A stretch of DNA of 64,000 nt from Mizuhopecten yessoensis (taxonomy: Eukaryota), in assembly GCF_002113885.1 (NCBI RefSeq), contig NW_018406352.1:126196-190195 (forward strand). Reading direction: 5' to 3'. Under the pieces are notes generated by a model, which was not told the origin of the DNA, ran no database searches, and worked only from the letters and a program-made list of their open reading frames with translations. Of the stretch, positions 24,256 to 36,461 are shown piece after piece (positions within the stretch are counted from its first letter, which is position 1; each line of letters starts with the position of its first letter). The translations under genes and the position numbers were made by a program.

Positions 24256-25487
24256 TTTTCAGGTCACCTGAGACAAAGTCTTAAGTGACCTATTGCGATC
24301 GCCTTTTGTCCGTCGTCGTCCGTCGTCCGTCGTCCGTCGTACGTCGTCCGTCGTGCGTCCGTAAACAAGTTACATTTTCGACTTCTTCTCCAAAACCACT
24401 GAACCAATTTCAATGAATTTTGCAGAAACCTTCCATGGCCAAAGGTCAACAAAAATAGTGGCCGGTTTAGTCCCAAGCCCCCAGGGGCCTGAGAGGCGGG
24501 GCCAAAAAGGGTCAAATTGACCAAAATTTCAAAATCTTCTGAAGACCCAGATGTGGTAGAATCAAATACTCTTCATATATTGAAGGGTCTTAGGTGCTTT
24601 ACAAAAATTGTTAATTTATGACCCTGGTGTCTCACGTTTCCCCCTGGTGAGGGGGTAAACTTTACTATAGTTTATATAGGGAAATCACATTTTGGACCAA
24701 CATTTGTTCAATTTCCATTGGAAGTAATTCAATTTGGGTTAGCATTATCAGTATTAGGTAGCAGTTTGATAGTATGCACATATGAGCCCTGACTGACCCA
24801 CAGGGGCTGATGGTTTGGGCGAAAAAGGGTTGAATTGACTGAAATTTCAAAAATCTTCTTCCCAAGACCCACATATGGTAGAATCAAATACTCTTCGTAG
24901 ATGGAAGAGTCTTAAGGTGCTTTATCAAAATTGTGAATTTCTTAACCCTGGGGTCTCATGTTTCCCCCTGGGGAGGGGGTAAACTTTACTATAGTTTATA
25001 TAGGGAATTCACATTTTGGACCAGCATTTGTTTAATTTCCATTGGAAGTATTTCAATTTGGGTTAGCATTATGTTAGCATCACAGTATTAGATAGCAGAT
25101 TGATAATAAACACATATCATCCCTGACTGACCCCCAGGGGCTGATGGTTTATAATGGCAAATGATACTTTGAATATTACATGTTAACAACTTGATTGGAA
25201 TTATAACCTTGAGTTGACAGTTTGAATTTTGAGCCAGCCCTACCCCCAAGGGCTGTAGGGTTGGGCTCAAAGGAGTCAGTGTGCTAAAATTTCTTCATTT
25301 TCCTTGTTTAGAATCAGAGGTGCTAGTTTCAAATACTTTTAAGTCTGAAATCAGTATGCTAGATATTGAATAAGGTGGTTTTATTGTTTTTTGTCACTTT
25401 GAATAATATTTCTGTTCATGTTAAAAAAAAAATTAAATCTCTGTTTAAATATATCAGGTGACCGTTAAGGCCCATGGGCCTCTTGTT
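24256..25487 (+). mobile_element. Non-autonomous Helentron (HINE) family I
   Basis: T-run then subTIR aggtcacctga, a (GTC/GTCC)n microsatellite, internal repeats of about 321 bp, 3' subTIR tcaggtgacc and palindrome aggcccatgggcct-cttgtt. Confidence 0.85.
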
Positions 25488-25506
25488 TATTTTGAATTTT
25501 TTTTTA

Positions 25507-25585
25507 TCATCATCTATCATTTGTGACCACAGTGTATTTATTACCCGATCCCTTGCCAATCACAGGTAGGCCTACTGGTCATTCG
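25507..25585 (-). pseudogene. TRIM-like C-terminal stub
   Basis: catcatctatcatttgtgaccacagtgtatt... resembles the GSGNTLWSQMEDDE-coding segment of A-D; near-identical to the stub at 40925-40995. Confidence 0.6.
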
Positions 25586-26003
25586 AGTAGGGTCTGTCGG
25601 CATACATCAGCGCTGGTCCTTTTTGCGCGCCCGAGAGTTCGTTATTTCACTTTTTTCTTCCGATTCTTAAATATTGTTCACTTACCTAGGTGTGTGCAAA
25701 ATATTAGGTTTATCATAACAGTAGAATGTACCGAAATACGTCGATAAATACTATTTTTAAGAGGGCGGATCGAGTGTCCACGGTGGTGTTCGCGCGCCCG
25801 AAAATTCGTTAATCAATAAAAAAAATATACCGAAATATAAGAAATATCCTAATAAAAATATGCGAACTATTTCATTACATGCATTACTTAAGGGAAGTAA
25901 CTCGTATGGACCTACCTGTAGAACTCTTAGCCATTCATAAACAAAATAAGAATGTTACCGGGCTCTGCGACGAGGACGCAGTTCTACATAAGAGCCCATT
26001 TAA

Positions 26004-27223
26004 TTAGCTCACCTGGCACGAAGTGTCAAGTGAGCTTATGCCATGGCGCGGCGTCCGTCGTCCGTCCGTCGTCCGTCCGTCCGTCCGTTCGTCCGTCCGT
26101 TCGTCCGGCGTCCGGCGTCAATATTTTACTTTAAGCAAACTGAGATGAAGGGCTACACAGTTTGTTAAAATAAATGACCTTGATCCATTTTCAAGGTCAC
26201 AGGGGTCAAATATGTTAAAAAATTTAAACATCTTCTCGATAACCAAACTGCCAAGGGAGATGCTATTTGGCCAGTAGCATGTTTGGGTGAAGGGCTACCA
26301 AGTTTGTTCAAAGGAATGACCTTCAATTATAATCAAAGTCTCAGGGGTCAATTGTCTTAAAAAAACTTTAAACAACTTCTTCTCAATAACAAAAATGCCC
26401 AGGGTGATGATATTTGGCCAGTAGCATGCTGAGATGAAGGGCTCCAAATGTTGTTCAAATGGATGACCTTCATCCATATTCAAGGTCACAGGGGTCAAAT
26501 ATGTAAAAAAAACTTTAAACAACTTCTTCCCAATAACTAAAATGCCAAGTGTGATGATATTTGGCCAGAAGCATGCTTGGATGAAGGGCTACCAAGTTTG
26601 TTTAAATATATGACCTTCACCCATATTCAAGGTTACAGGGGTCAAATATGTTAAAAACTTTAAACAAGTTCTTCTCAATAACCAAAATGCACAGGTTGAT
26701 AATATTCAGTCAGTAGCATACTAAAATCAAGGGCTACCAATTAAGTTTGTTGAAATGTATGACCTTGAATCATATTCAAGGTCACAAGGAGCAAATATGT
26801 TCAAAATATTTAAACAAGTTGTTCTGAATAACCAAAAGACTCAGGATGTTGATATTTAATCAGTAGCATGCTGGGATCAAGGACTACTATGTTTTGTTAA
26901 AGTGAATGACTTCGACTTATATTCAAGGTCACAGGGGTCAAATTTGTGAAATATTTAAACGACCTCTTCTGAATAACCATGGGTCCCAGGATGTTGATAA
27001 TTTGCAAGTTGCATCCTGAGATGAAAGCTTATACAATGTGTAACACATAATGACTTTGTTCGACTTTCAATCACAGGGGTGAAATGTTTAAAAAAACAAA
27101 ATTGAATGAATTTTAATTATAAATTCTGATAATTTGCCTGTAGCTTTATCTTAGATCACTATTAAGGTTACAAGTGTGAGATTTATACCAGGTGAGCGAT
27201 GAAGGCCCATTGGGCCGCTTGTT
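26004..27223 (+). mobile_element. Non-autonomous Helentron (HINE) family II
   Basis: ttagctcacctgg, (GTCC)n, about 7 internal tandem repeats of about 146 bp, ccaggtgagc and hairpin ggcccattgggcc. Confidence 0.85.
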
Positions 27224-28527
27224 TTATTTTATTTTATGATTTAATTTTTAACTAATTGCCATCAATTTCAAATAATTACATTATGTTTTCAATATTTGTT
27301 GTATATATTATTTCTGTCTCTAATTTTAATCTAATCTAATGTTCTAATATATGTATATTAAAATAGTATTTTTTGTTTAATTAGTTTGTTGTACATAATT
27401 AATAATAATGGTTAACATTTACATCAATTTAGTTCCAGTTGATTTTATATAAAATGATATTCATTTGATCAAATTGAATTCTCAATTTTACAAACAATTA
27501 AAAAAGTTATTTTTTCAAAAAGTAACGTTATACATATTACTGAACTATTTGTTAATTCATTGATTAAGTTATAAGTACATATCATAATATGTAATTAATA
27601 ATGAAAGATTATTTTGAAATCGAAAGATTGAAAACAATAATTATCTGGATTTATTTATCTTATATAATACATTAGTGATGCACAGAGTAGGAGATTCCAG
27701 CTTTTTATTTAATTAATGGTTTATATTTGTGTTTTGTTTTTAAATTTATAGGTGTTTATTTCAGCGTAACAACACAGATCATCACTTATGCAAGTGTACC
27801 TGACGAGGTGAGAAGCTGTGGTTGTTTGATTTGTTTGAGGTGGAGTTTTTATTATTAAATTGTGATATAGGAGTGAGGCACAGAGGAGGACAGTATAAAC
27901 CAATTCATGCAGTCTACCCTGATTTAGCCTCCCTGGGTATCATTGGGACTTACAAGCTTTATGGTTATTAATGGGTTTTTTTTTATCTATATTTTGTTTT
28001 TAATTGTATAGGTATTTATTTCATCTTAGTAACACAGATCATTCATTTTTGCCAGTGCACCTGACGAGGTGAGAAGCTGTGGTTGTTTGAGTTATATTAT
28101 AAGATATATTATTATTTATTAATGTCTTAGTTAATTTTAATTTTTTTTATTGATATCTATTCATACTCATACCCTTTGACCCTGCTACCATCCCTTTTTT
28201 TATAAAGAGTCACTTTCCCGCCTGCAGGGTTTCAAGTGTAATTTATCTAAGACTCGCTTATTGTAACTCATTTTTTTTCTCTTTCTGGTATTTTTAATAC
28301 CTTCGATAGAACACTGTGGGATAGGAGACAGTTCTAATGAACAGAACTCCCCGCCTGAGATCGGAAAAAAGATTTTGCAGCAAGCTATTGTCTATCGGAG
28401 GATCCTATACTTATATGTATGTTATGATATCGATAAGCAAATATAGTTATAGAAACTTAAATTTAACCATGTTTTCCTACCTATCCCGTTTTGTATCACT
28501 GAAATGGTCCTAACCTATACGCAGTAC

Positions 28528-29125
28528 ATGTCCTATGATACAGACCCCCGTCTTGCGGTTGGCCTGCACAGGAAGGGATAACTAGAGATGTAACTTTATA
28601 TTTTTATTGGTTGTGATGGTTTTAACACTAACAGTTCTTGTGAAACATAGTTGATAGCCCCCGCCTTGGGTTGGCATAAACTATGATATCATTGTAAGCT
28701 GAAAAGGGGCACAGAGGGGCAGACTCCAGACCTCCTGAAGTCTCAGTATGCACCAATTATTGCTTGGATCAGTAGCAATCCAATCTGGTACAGTCTCCCT
28801 GGGTATCCAAAGGGTCCTAACCTATACACAGTATGAAATCACCGACTACAGGGACGTCCGCTACTGTGTGAACGGCACTACAAGATCAGCTTACGAAAAC
28901 ATCAAAATGTCTAGCCTCAGCAGGATGAAGCGGCAAATGATCCAGTTTGCAGACTGCAAGGCTACAGTGAAACGGCATTCAACCGTTCTAATACATCTTG
29001 ATGTCAAACGATATCTTGCAAAAGGAGGGAAACTATACCGCCTTCAGAATGGAACCTTGGCAGCCCCGGGAAACGCCAAAGAAATGATGAAGACAAGCTT
29101 TTTTCACCGCGTGCAGTTCTTATGA
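28528..29125 (+). pseudogene. Degenerate intronless Tpt1/KptA-family (RNA 2'-phosphotransferase / ADP-ribosyltransferase) gene
   Basis: ORF 28748-29125 has CVNGT..YENI...LSRMKRQMIQF...VLIHLDV....GGKLYRLQNGTLAAPGN....SFF.RV, which follows the Tpt1 NAD-binding lobe (HGT; GLS.M.R.HIH; ID; G..FY.S.NG...PGN). Upstream broken frames give IGCDGF and WISSNPIWYSLP, resembling DGF and IRANQGHS. Total span is about 200 codons. Confidence 0.7.
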
Positions 29126-29140
29126 ACTTGCAAACAAAAC

Positions 29141-29175
29141 GACCCTTTTTAGGGCCACCAAAGTCTCTAAAAGGG
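29141..29175 (+). terminator. Histone-mRNA-type 3' stem-loop plus candidate histone downstream element
   Basis: aaaac-GACCCT-TTTT-AGGGCC-acca (6-bp stem with one mismatch, 4-nt loop) starting 16 nt after the TGA, then AAAAGGG at 29169-29175. Confidence 0.7.
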
Positions 29176-29299
29176 TCCATTGATGCTCGAAATTACGTAC
29201 TTCTATCTGTCCTGTCCTGTCCGCTCTGAATTACGCATTCCCTGACCTAACCGTACCGCGGCGCGTTCGCTTTGCTTATGACACGATATAGCCACCATG

Positions 29300-31232
29300 T
29301 ATAGTCAGGGATGTAAATTGTTTTGTTGTACTGAAACAATAAGGGATGTAAATTTAAGTTATATTATTGTACTAGACACAAAGTTAGAGATGTTGACCTG
29401 TACAGTCAGGGACGTAAATTAAAGTTGTATTATTGTACCGTTACAGTTAGGGATGTTGGCATGCATAGTCAGGGATGTGAATTTAAGTTGTATTATTGTA
29501 CCGCTACAGTTAGGGAGGGATGTTGACCTGTACAGTTAGGCATGTAAATTTAAGTTAATACTATTGTACCGGTGCAGTAAGGGATGTTAACATATACAGT
29601 CAGGGAATAATCTGTACAGTCAAGGATGTATATTTAAGTTGTATAACTGTACCAATACAGTTAGGAGACGTTGACCTGTACAGTCAGAGATGTAAATTTA
29701 AGATATATTATTGTAAAGGAATGTTTACATGTACAGTCAGGGATGTAAATTTAAGTTGTTTTATTATACCGGTACCGTAAGGGATGTTGACATGTACAGT
29801 GAGGGATGTTGACCTGTACAGTCAGGGATGTAAATTTAAGTTGTGTTATTGTATTGTTTCAGCTAAGATGTTGACCTGTACAGTCAGGGATGTAAATTTA
29901 AGTTGTTTTATTATACCGGTACCGTAAGGGATGTTGACCTGTATAGCATCCCTCACTGTACCTGGACAATAAAACAACTTAAATTTGCATCCCTGACTGT
30001 ACCGGTACAACAATATAACTTAATTTTACACCCTCGACAGTACAGGTCAACATCTCTAACTGTACCGGTACAATAATGGAACTTAAATTTACAACCTTGA
30101 GTATACAGGTCAACATACTAGCTGTAAAAGTTCAATAAAACAACTTAAATGTACGTCCCTGACTGTACAGGTCAACATCCTAGCTGTAACAGTTCAATAA
30201 AACAACTTAAATTGACATCCCTGAGTGTACAGGTCAACATCTCTAACTGTACCGGTACAATAATACAACTTAAATTTACATCCCTGAGTGTACAGGTCAA
30301 CATCCTAGCTGTAAAAGTTCAATAAAACAACTTAAATTTACGTCCCTGACTGTACAGGTCAACATACCTCACTGTACCGGTACTGTAATATAACTTAAAT
30401 TTACATCCCTGACTGTACATCTCAACATCCCTAACTGTACTGGTACAGTAAAAAAACTTAAATTTACATCCCTGACTGTACAGGTCAACATACCTCACTG
30501 TACCGGTACTGTAATATAACTAAAATTTACATCCCTGACTGTACAGGTCAACATCCCTAACTGTACTGGTACAGTAAAACAACTTAAATTTACATCCCTG
30601 ACTGTACAGGTTAACATCCCTAACTGTACCGGTACTGTAATAAAACTTAAATTGACATCCCTCAGTGTACAGGTCAACATCTCTAACTGTACCGGTACAA
30701 TAATACAACTTAAATTTACATCCCTCAGTGTACAGGTCAACATCTCTAACTGTACCGGTACAATAATACAACTTAAATTTACATCCCTGAGTGTACAGGT
30801 CAACATCCTAGCTGTAAAAGTTCAATAAAACAACTTAAATTTACGTCCCTGACTGTACAGGTCAACATACCNTCCCTGACTGTACAGGTCAACATCCCTA
30901 ACTGTACTGGTACAATAAAACAACTTAAATTTACATCCCTGACTGTACAGGTTAACATCCCTAACTGTACCGGTACTGTAATATAACTTAAATTTACATC
31001 CCTGAGTGTCAGGTCAACATCCCTAACTGTACCTGTACAATAATACAACTTAAATTTACATCCCTGAGTGTACAGGTAAACATCCCTAACTGTACCGGTA
31101 CAATAAAACAACTTAAATTTACGTCCCTGACTGTACAGGTCATCATCCCTAACTGTACTGGTACAATAAAACAACTTAAATTTACATCCCTGACTGTACA
31201 GGTAAACATCCCTAACTGTACCGGTACAATAA
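29300..31232. repeat. 63-bp satellite array with an internal orientation switch at about 29945
   Basis: Unit gggatgttgacctgtacagtcagggatgtaaatttaagttgttttattgtaccggtacagtta; forward to about 29945, reverse-complement afterwards. Confidence 0.93.
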
Positions 31233-31339
31233 TATTACTTATGCGTGTAGAAAAAAAATTAAAGATCATCATCTGTATGAGCTTTTAGCTCTAAGTCCGA
31301 ATGTGGGTCATTGTTAAACCTATCCAAAACTAGATTTAA

Positions 31340-31630
31340 AACAGTTGACGGAAACAATTGGTATCAAGAGCTGTGGAACGATATAGGACAATTTAATGGA
31401 AACAAACTACGGACTTATCGAACGTATAAATCAGCTCTTGTACCAGAATCATATACTAGTATTTAATTTGGTCAATTTTAGACATAGGCAGTTGTTAACT
31501 AACTTCCGTTGTAGTGAATTGTCCTTCTGTAGCTCTAAACGATAACAAACAATCAGAATCCAAAAGTTTTTTTGAAGATGAACGTCATTCCTTGGTAGAC
31601 TGTGCATTTTATTCTGATTAACGACATTTT
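31340..31630 (+). mobile_element. LINE ORF2 C-terminal fragment (CR1/RTE-X-like)
   Basis: GNKLRTYRTYKS..PESY and EDERH.LVDC.FYSD (terminal zinc-knuckle region). Confidence 0.5.
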
Positions 31631-34600
31631 AGTTGTGAGGTGTATATTTACTTTTAATTTGACAGATGTAATTGTTATACAGGTAAACGAATAATGATAC
31701 TTATCACCAACACCAGAAAAACATAATGGGCATATCTTCTCATACCGTGGTATCCCAGACCATCGGCTAGTTTTAATACGTAATGTGTATTAGATGTTCT
31801 GAATGAACACACAGTTATTCTATTTTGACATTTAAATTTCACTTAAAATAGTCTAAAATTCAAATTGAGATTTGAGTATTTCGTACGTTTGATCACGTTA
31901 TGAAATAAAGAATACGCAGGTCAATAAAAACCTATTTTTAAAAGGCATTCGATACTGTTTTCCATAAAACATATTTCCGTATCATTGAGATGGACTGAAA
32001 ACGTAAACGGAGAGAGATCTTCACCCTTGACCCTGATTTACCCCGATGTTACAGAAATCAGATGTAGAAATCATGTTTGTAACCTTCGATTTTGTATTCT
32101 TGTAAATGTTATATATCCCTTGAAAGATTTTCCTGTAATGTTACTTTTTATTAAACTGGCCATAAACCTATCTTCACGGCAGTGTTATATGCTTTATTTT
32201 CATCTTCAATTCCTCCAAATAAAGTTTACAATATATTTCATATCAATAAAGACAAAATAATACAATAGCAAAATCAAAACAATGGATAATTACATACATG
32301 TCACAAAAAATTGTATATATGTTATGTATTGGACATATGGTAAGGTATGCGTACATTGTACAAGAAAATTTACCCTAACGATTATATGAGCATGTGAATC
32401 AATAAAGAAAGTGTCATACATAATTTTGTAGTTACTAATTAAACATATCGATAAATGTATACAGAGTTACTTTCAAATCAGCTGCTGTAAATTGATAACA
32501 TTTTATAGACATATGCCACAGAAGTAATTCTATATTCTCCCAATTCATTATTTTCTAACCTGAAGTTAACTTCGCCTCTAAGCAGATGATACACAATTTC
32601 ATCTTCAGATCATTAATTTATATAATGACTAAATGTCAGGTCGTGTATATTGGCTATATCCATCCATAGCTTATCTCTAAAAGTACTCGTAAAATCACAT
32701 CTTAATACAACATATTCTGTATGATCTTGGTAGAGCACACCACTCTTGTGACAAAGTTTTGTAGTTCTACTATTTCTAATAGTTACAATTAGATTAATTA
32801 TAAAATGTATCTTATCTCTGTATAAAGGGTATTTTTTTATAACAACCATAGACAGTGCGGTTGTAACTTATAAAATATAATAAAATAAATAAAATAAACA
32901 TACAACATTTGATAAAGCGCCCTATCTAGCTAACATAAGCCACTCTAAAGCGCTTTACAGTACATAGATATACAATTTTATACAGTCAATACAATTAGCA
33001 TATATATTAATCAATACAATATTGAGGAATTCGCAGGAGCTGCCTCATCAGGCTCTAAGTACTAGTCCTATGCCACCTGGCTAATATCTCCCTATGTTTG
33101 TATGTGTGTGTGTGTGCTGGAGATGTATTGTGTTGCTTATCGTGAATATTATTAAATGTGCTAAAATCATAGTCACTTGAAATACGTTCCCTAAAATCAT
33201 TTTCCTGTTTGGTTAAAACAGACACTTTTCCAGTGTCTCTTATCAGGAAAATTACAATGATCTATAATTTCATGCACATATTTGTTCAGACTATACTTCT
33301 GAATTATTCTTTATGAAATTGGACAGAAAATCAATCGATTCAAAAAGATCTTAAATGATGACGTATTCCTACCAATTCTACATAACGTTAGCCTATTAAA
33401 AAATAGTAAACTCTGGACGTCAACAATAATTTCTATGGATTACCATTCTATTAGACTAACAGCATATATTTTCCCATAAACCCATCATCACGGCAGTGTT
33501 AAATACTTTACGGAAATCAACATAGGAGAAATAAACGAATAGTAAGTGCATGCAGGGAAAATAAACGGAGTACGTCGTGCATGCATCATATTTTCTGTTG
33601 TAGAAAAAACCTATCCTATTTCTAAATTCAGCTAAATAACAGTGATTTCATTGTTTATCAAGTAATTAATGAATCAGCGTATCCATACAGATACAGATAT
33701 TATTTAGTACTAATCACGACAACGCAAAACGAACGCACCAGTACAGTCGCGTCCTTCCGGTACAGGCAAGTACGAGTACAGTCTGGGATGTACGCTGACA
33801 GGTCCTTATGGGGTCATTCTCACTTGACAGTTCGGGTCTCACTAAAATGCGCCATAGGAGAATTAGCGCCATAGGTACGCCATAGGAGTTTTTGCACGCC
33901 ATAGCAAAATGTAAGTGTTATATCCAGGAAAAATGTTTCCATTGGCATACATATTTAACATGTTTAGGTAAAGTATCATTTAAAAAAATGTGCACTTTGT
34001 TAGAAAATCGATCTTAATTACGAAGCACTTTTACACTAAAATGCGCCATACGTGTTTTTTCACGCCATAGCAAAATATAAGAATTATTTTCAGCAAATAA
34101 CTGTTTTTCCCCTTTGGTATATGCCTTTAACAGGTTGTGGTAAAGTTTCATTCTTAAAAATCACTGTGAGTGTGGAACCAGTTTGTGAGAAACTTAATGC
34201 AAAACACAAGGTTCAACATCAAAAGCCAACTACTTTTGCCCAAGTGCTATATAATGCTATTGTTAATCATGTATCGTCTCATTCTGTGCCGTCTCCGGGA
34301 CCACGTTTTGTAGCTGTTAGGTCAGTGCCGACATCAGTCCCTGAAGCATGTGTTTCTATCGACAGCAAGGACATGCTAGTATTTTTAACAGAAAAAAAAA
34401 ATGATCTTCCTCAAAGAATTGTGTATAAGTAGACATTGTCATACATTGAACACTGTTATTAGCATAATGATTTGTGAATCTTAGATCATGACATTCTAGA
34501 GGATACTTATTCATTTTTGATGGACGTTGTTCCCCAATGAAGCCTATAGTTTATACCTAGATCAACCATTAACATTTCATTATATCAATATTTTGGCCAG

Positions 34601-35104
34601 AAAATAACTTTACCATATCATGTTACTTCATTGCTGTGTTAGTAGTAATGTGAAATTAGCTGTCAGTGCTGCAAGTTTGTTCATTTTTGATAATTATTCA
34701 ATCATTTTGATTTCAAAAACACTTTTTTGGTACACGTCATGTATAACTGTTACAAGTAGTTGTGTACAGGAAACCGTATGTAAATTGTATAATCGTTTTA
34801 TTTTTTTGCCTATATCAAATTAGTAAAAAAAATGATGCCAGTATAGCATTAGAATATTTATTCAATTGATGGTTGTTTGAAAAATTAAGGGGTAAATTTT
34901 TGATTTGCCGGGGGGATGTTATATACATGGTATATATTATATTATAACCATCAATAGAATATCCGGAATTAGCCGTTTTTGTGTATTATGCTATTCCGTC
35001 GCCTATCTCGTTTCTTTGTTATATTGTTTGACTTGCTGTTCCGGGAATAAAATGAAAAGTTGAAGAGTGAAGTTGTTTCGATTCATCTCAGTTTTTGGTT
35101 GAGG

Positions 35105-35222
35105 CACAGGGGCACGTTACAAATGTCTGAAATACACACATATGCTATACTGATATGGGTCACAACACCCATATCAGTATAGCATATGTGTGTATTTCAG
35201 ACATTTGTAACGTGTCCCTGTG
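35105..35222. mobile_element. 118-bp fully palindromic MITE with a 7-bp TSD
   Basis: 56-bp inverted arms (1 mismatch), 6-nt loop cacaac, termini CACAGG...CCTGTG, flanked on both sides by gttgagg. Confidence 0.85.
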
Positions 35223-36220
35223 GTTGAGGTACAGGTATTCACAAGAAATTACCCTCGTTTCGAGTCTAATTTCACCAGTCCTTTACGATAGCAACTGTAT
35301 AGGTGAAACGTTATTTGATACCTAGTAATCCCATTTTCAATTTAACAGGCATCTTATCATCAAATCTATAAATTAAACCTTTAAGCATGTTTTATTACGT
35401 AATAACTTATTAACGTTTGATCCCATTCTTCAGTTTGTATTGACTGATGAATGTGCTTTCCCTTTGTAGTGTAGATTGTAGCATAGCCCATTAATGGAGT
35501 TGCATTTATGACAGCCCAGGCTCATAGGTCAGATGGCAACAAGCCAAACCCCACATCTAATACACAAACAGTCCGCACCAACTGAGGGGAGAAACAACAA
35601 TAAAAAACGTTATCATTAATACTCTATCTAAACTGATAAACTTGAATATTCCAAGGCAGTCCAGCTGCATCTATTTTTTCCTACACAGCACAGTATTGTA
35701 ACAAAGAGAAAGGTTCAATAGCCCCCTTCTCCCGCTTTGTATTTTCCAGTAATTCATACAAGTAAAAAATATCTTTCGTAAGATAACAATAAGAAGGTAC
35801 AGTTACCATCGATGGAATGAAAATAGTCAGGGTATTGCACAAGAATTATTTTCTTAATAAAGTTTTGTTTTTATTTGTACCATGTAAGTGACCGGTATAT
35901 AAATGGTGTAAACAAACCTATTTATACATTTGTGTTAAGCGTGAATACATAAATAATTTCTGACAATACTCTAGAGTACTACAATACTAGAATAATACTC
36001 TGACATGTTTTCTTGACAAATAATTACACAAATATATGTGAAAACGTGAATTTATTTATCTGCATTAAAATAATCGAAATATGCCAAAATAAGTTTTTAT
36101 TATTTTGACTGCTCTATCTGACCATCATACATTTGCCAAACAGATTGTATCAATTATTTTATGGATTACATAAAAACAATATTGCATGTATTTAATTGTG
36201 TAGAAGAAGTTAAAAGTAGA

Positions 36221-36326
36221 TATCTTGACAAACATAAACAACATCCTTCTGTTTGTGGTTGGGTCATTTCGAACGACTTTTCTGTTTAATAGTCTCCTGG
36301 TGAGAGCCTGATTTTGCCTCAGCCAT
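36221..36326 (-). pseudogene. TRIM-like 5' remnant (start to the middle of the B-box)
   Basis: Translates as MAEAKSGSHQETIKQKSRSK*PNHKQKDVVYVCQD (first B-box Cys codon is now TGA); the upstream ccaggaagg promoter-like flank is retained. Confidence 0.75.
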
Positions 36327-36461
36327 TCCACGTCTGTTCTTTTCTATGCCCAGTGTATATTTACTTCTATTCAACTATTTGGTAGTATAGACCAGGAAGG
36401 TGTTCATTTCGTACAGGTATCGAGGTTTGTCGTTATGCCCTTCACATTTCTACGTATATTA

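Noticed and set aside
33835-34075. cgccatag repeats and ORF 34052-34432 as a transposase locus
   Set aside because: Probably a DNA-transposon end, but no second terminus or transposase motif was found.
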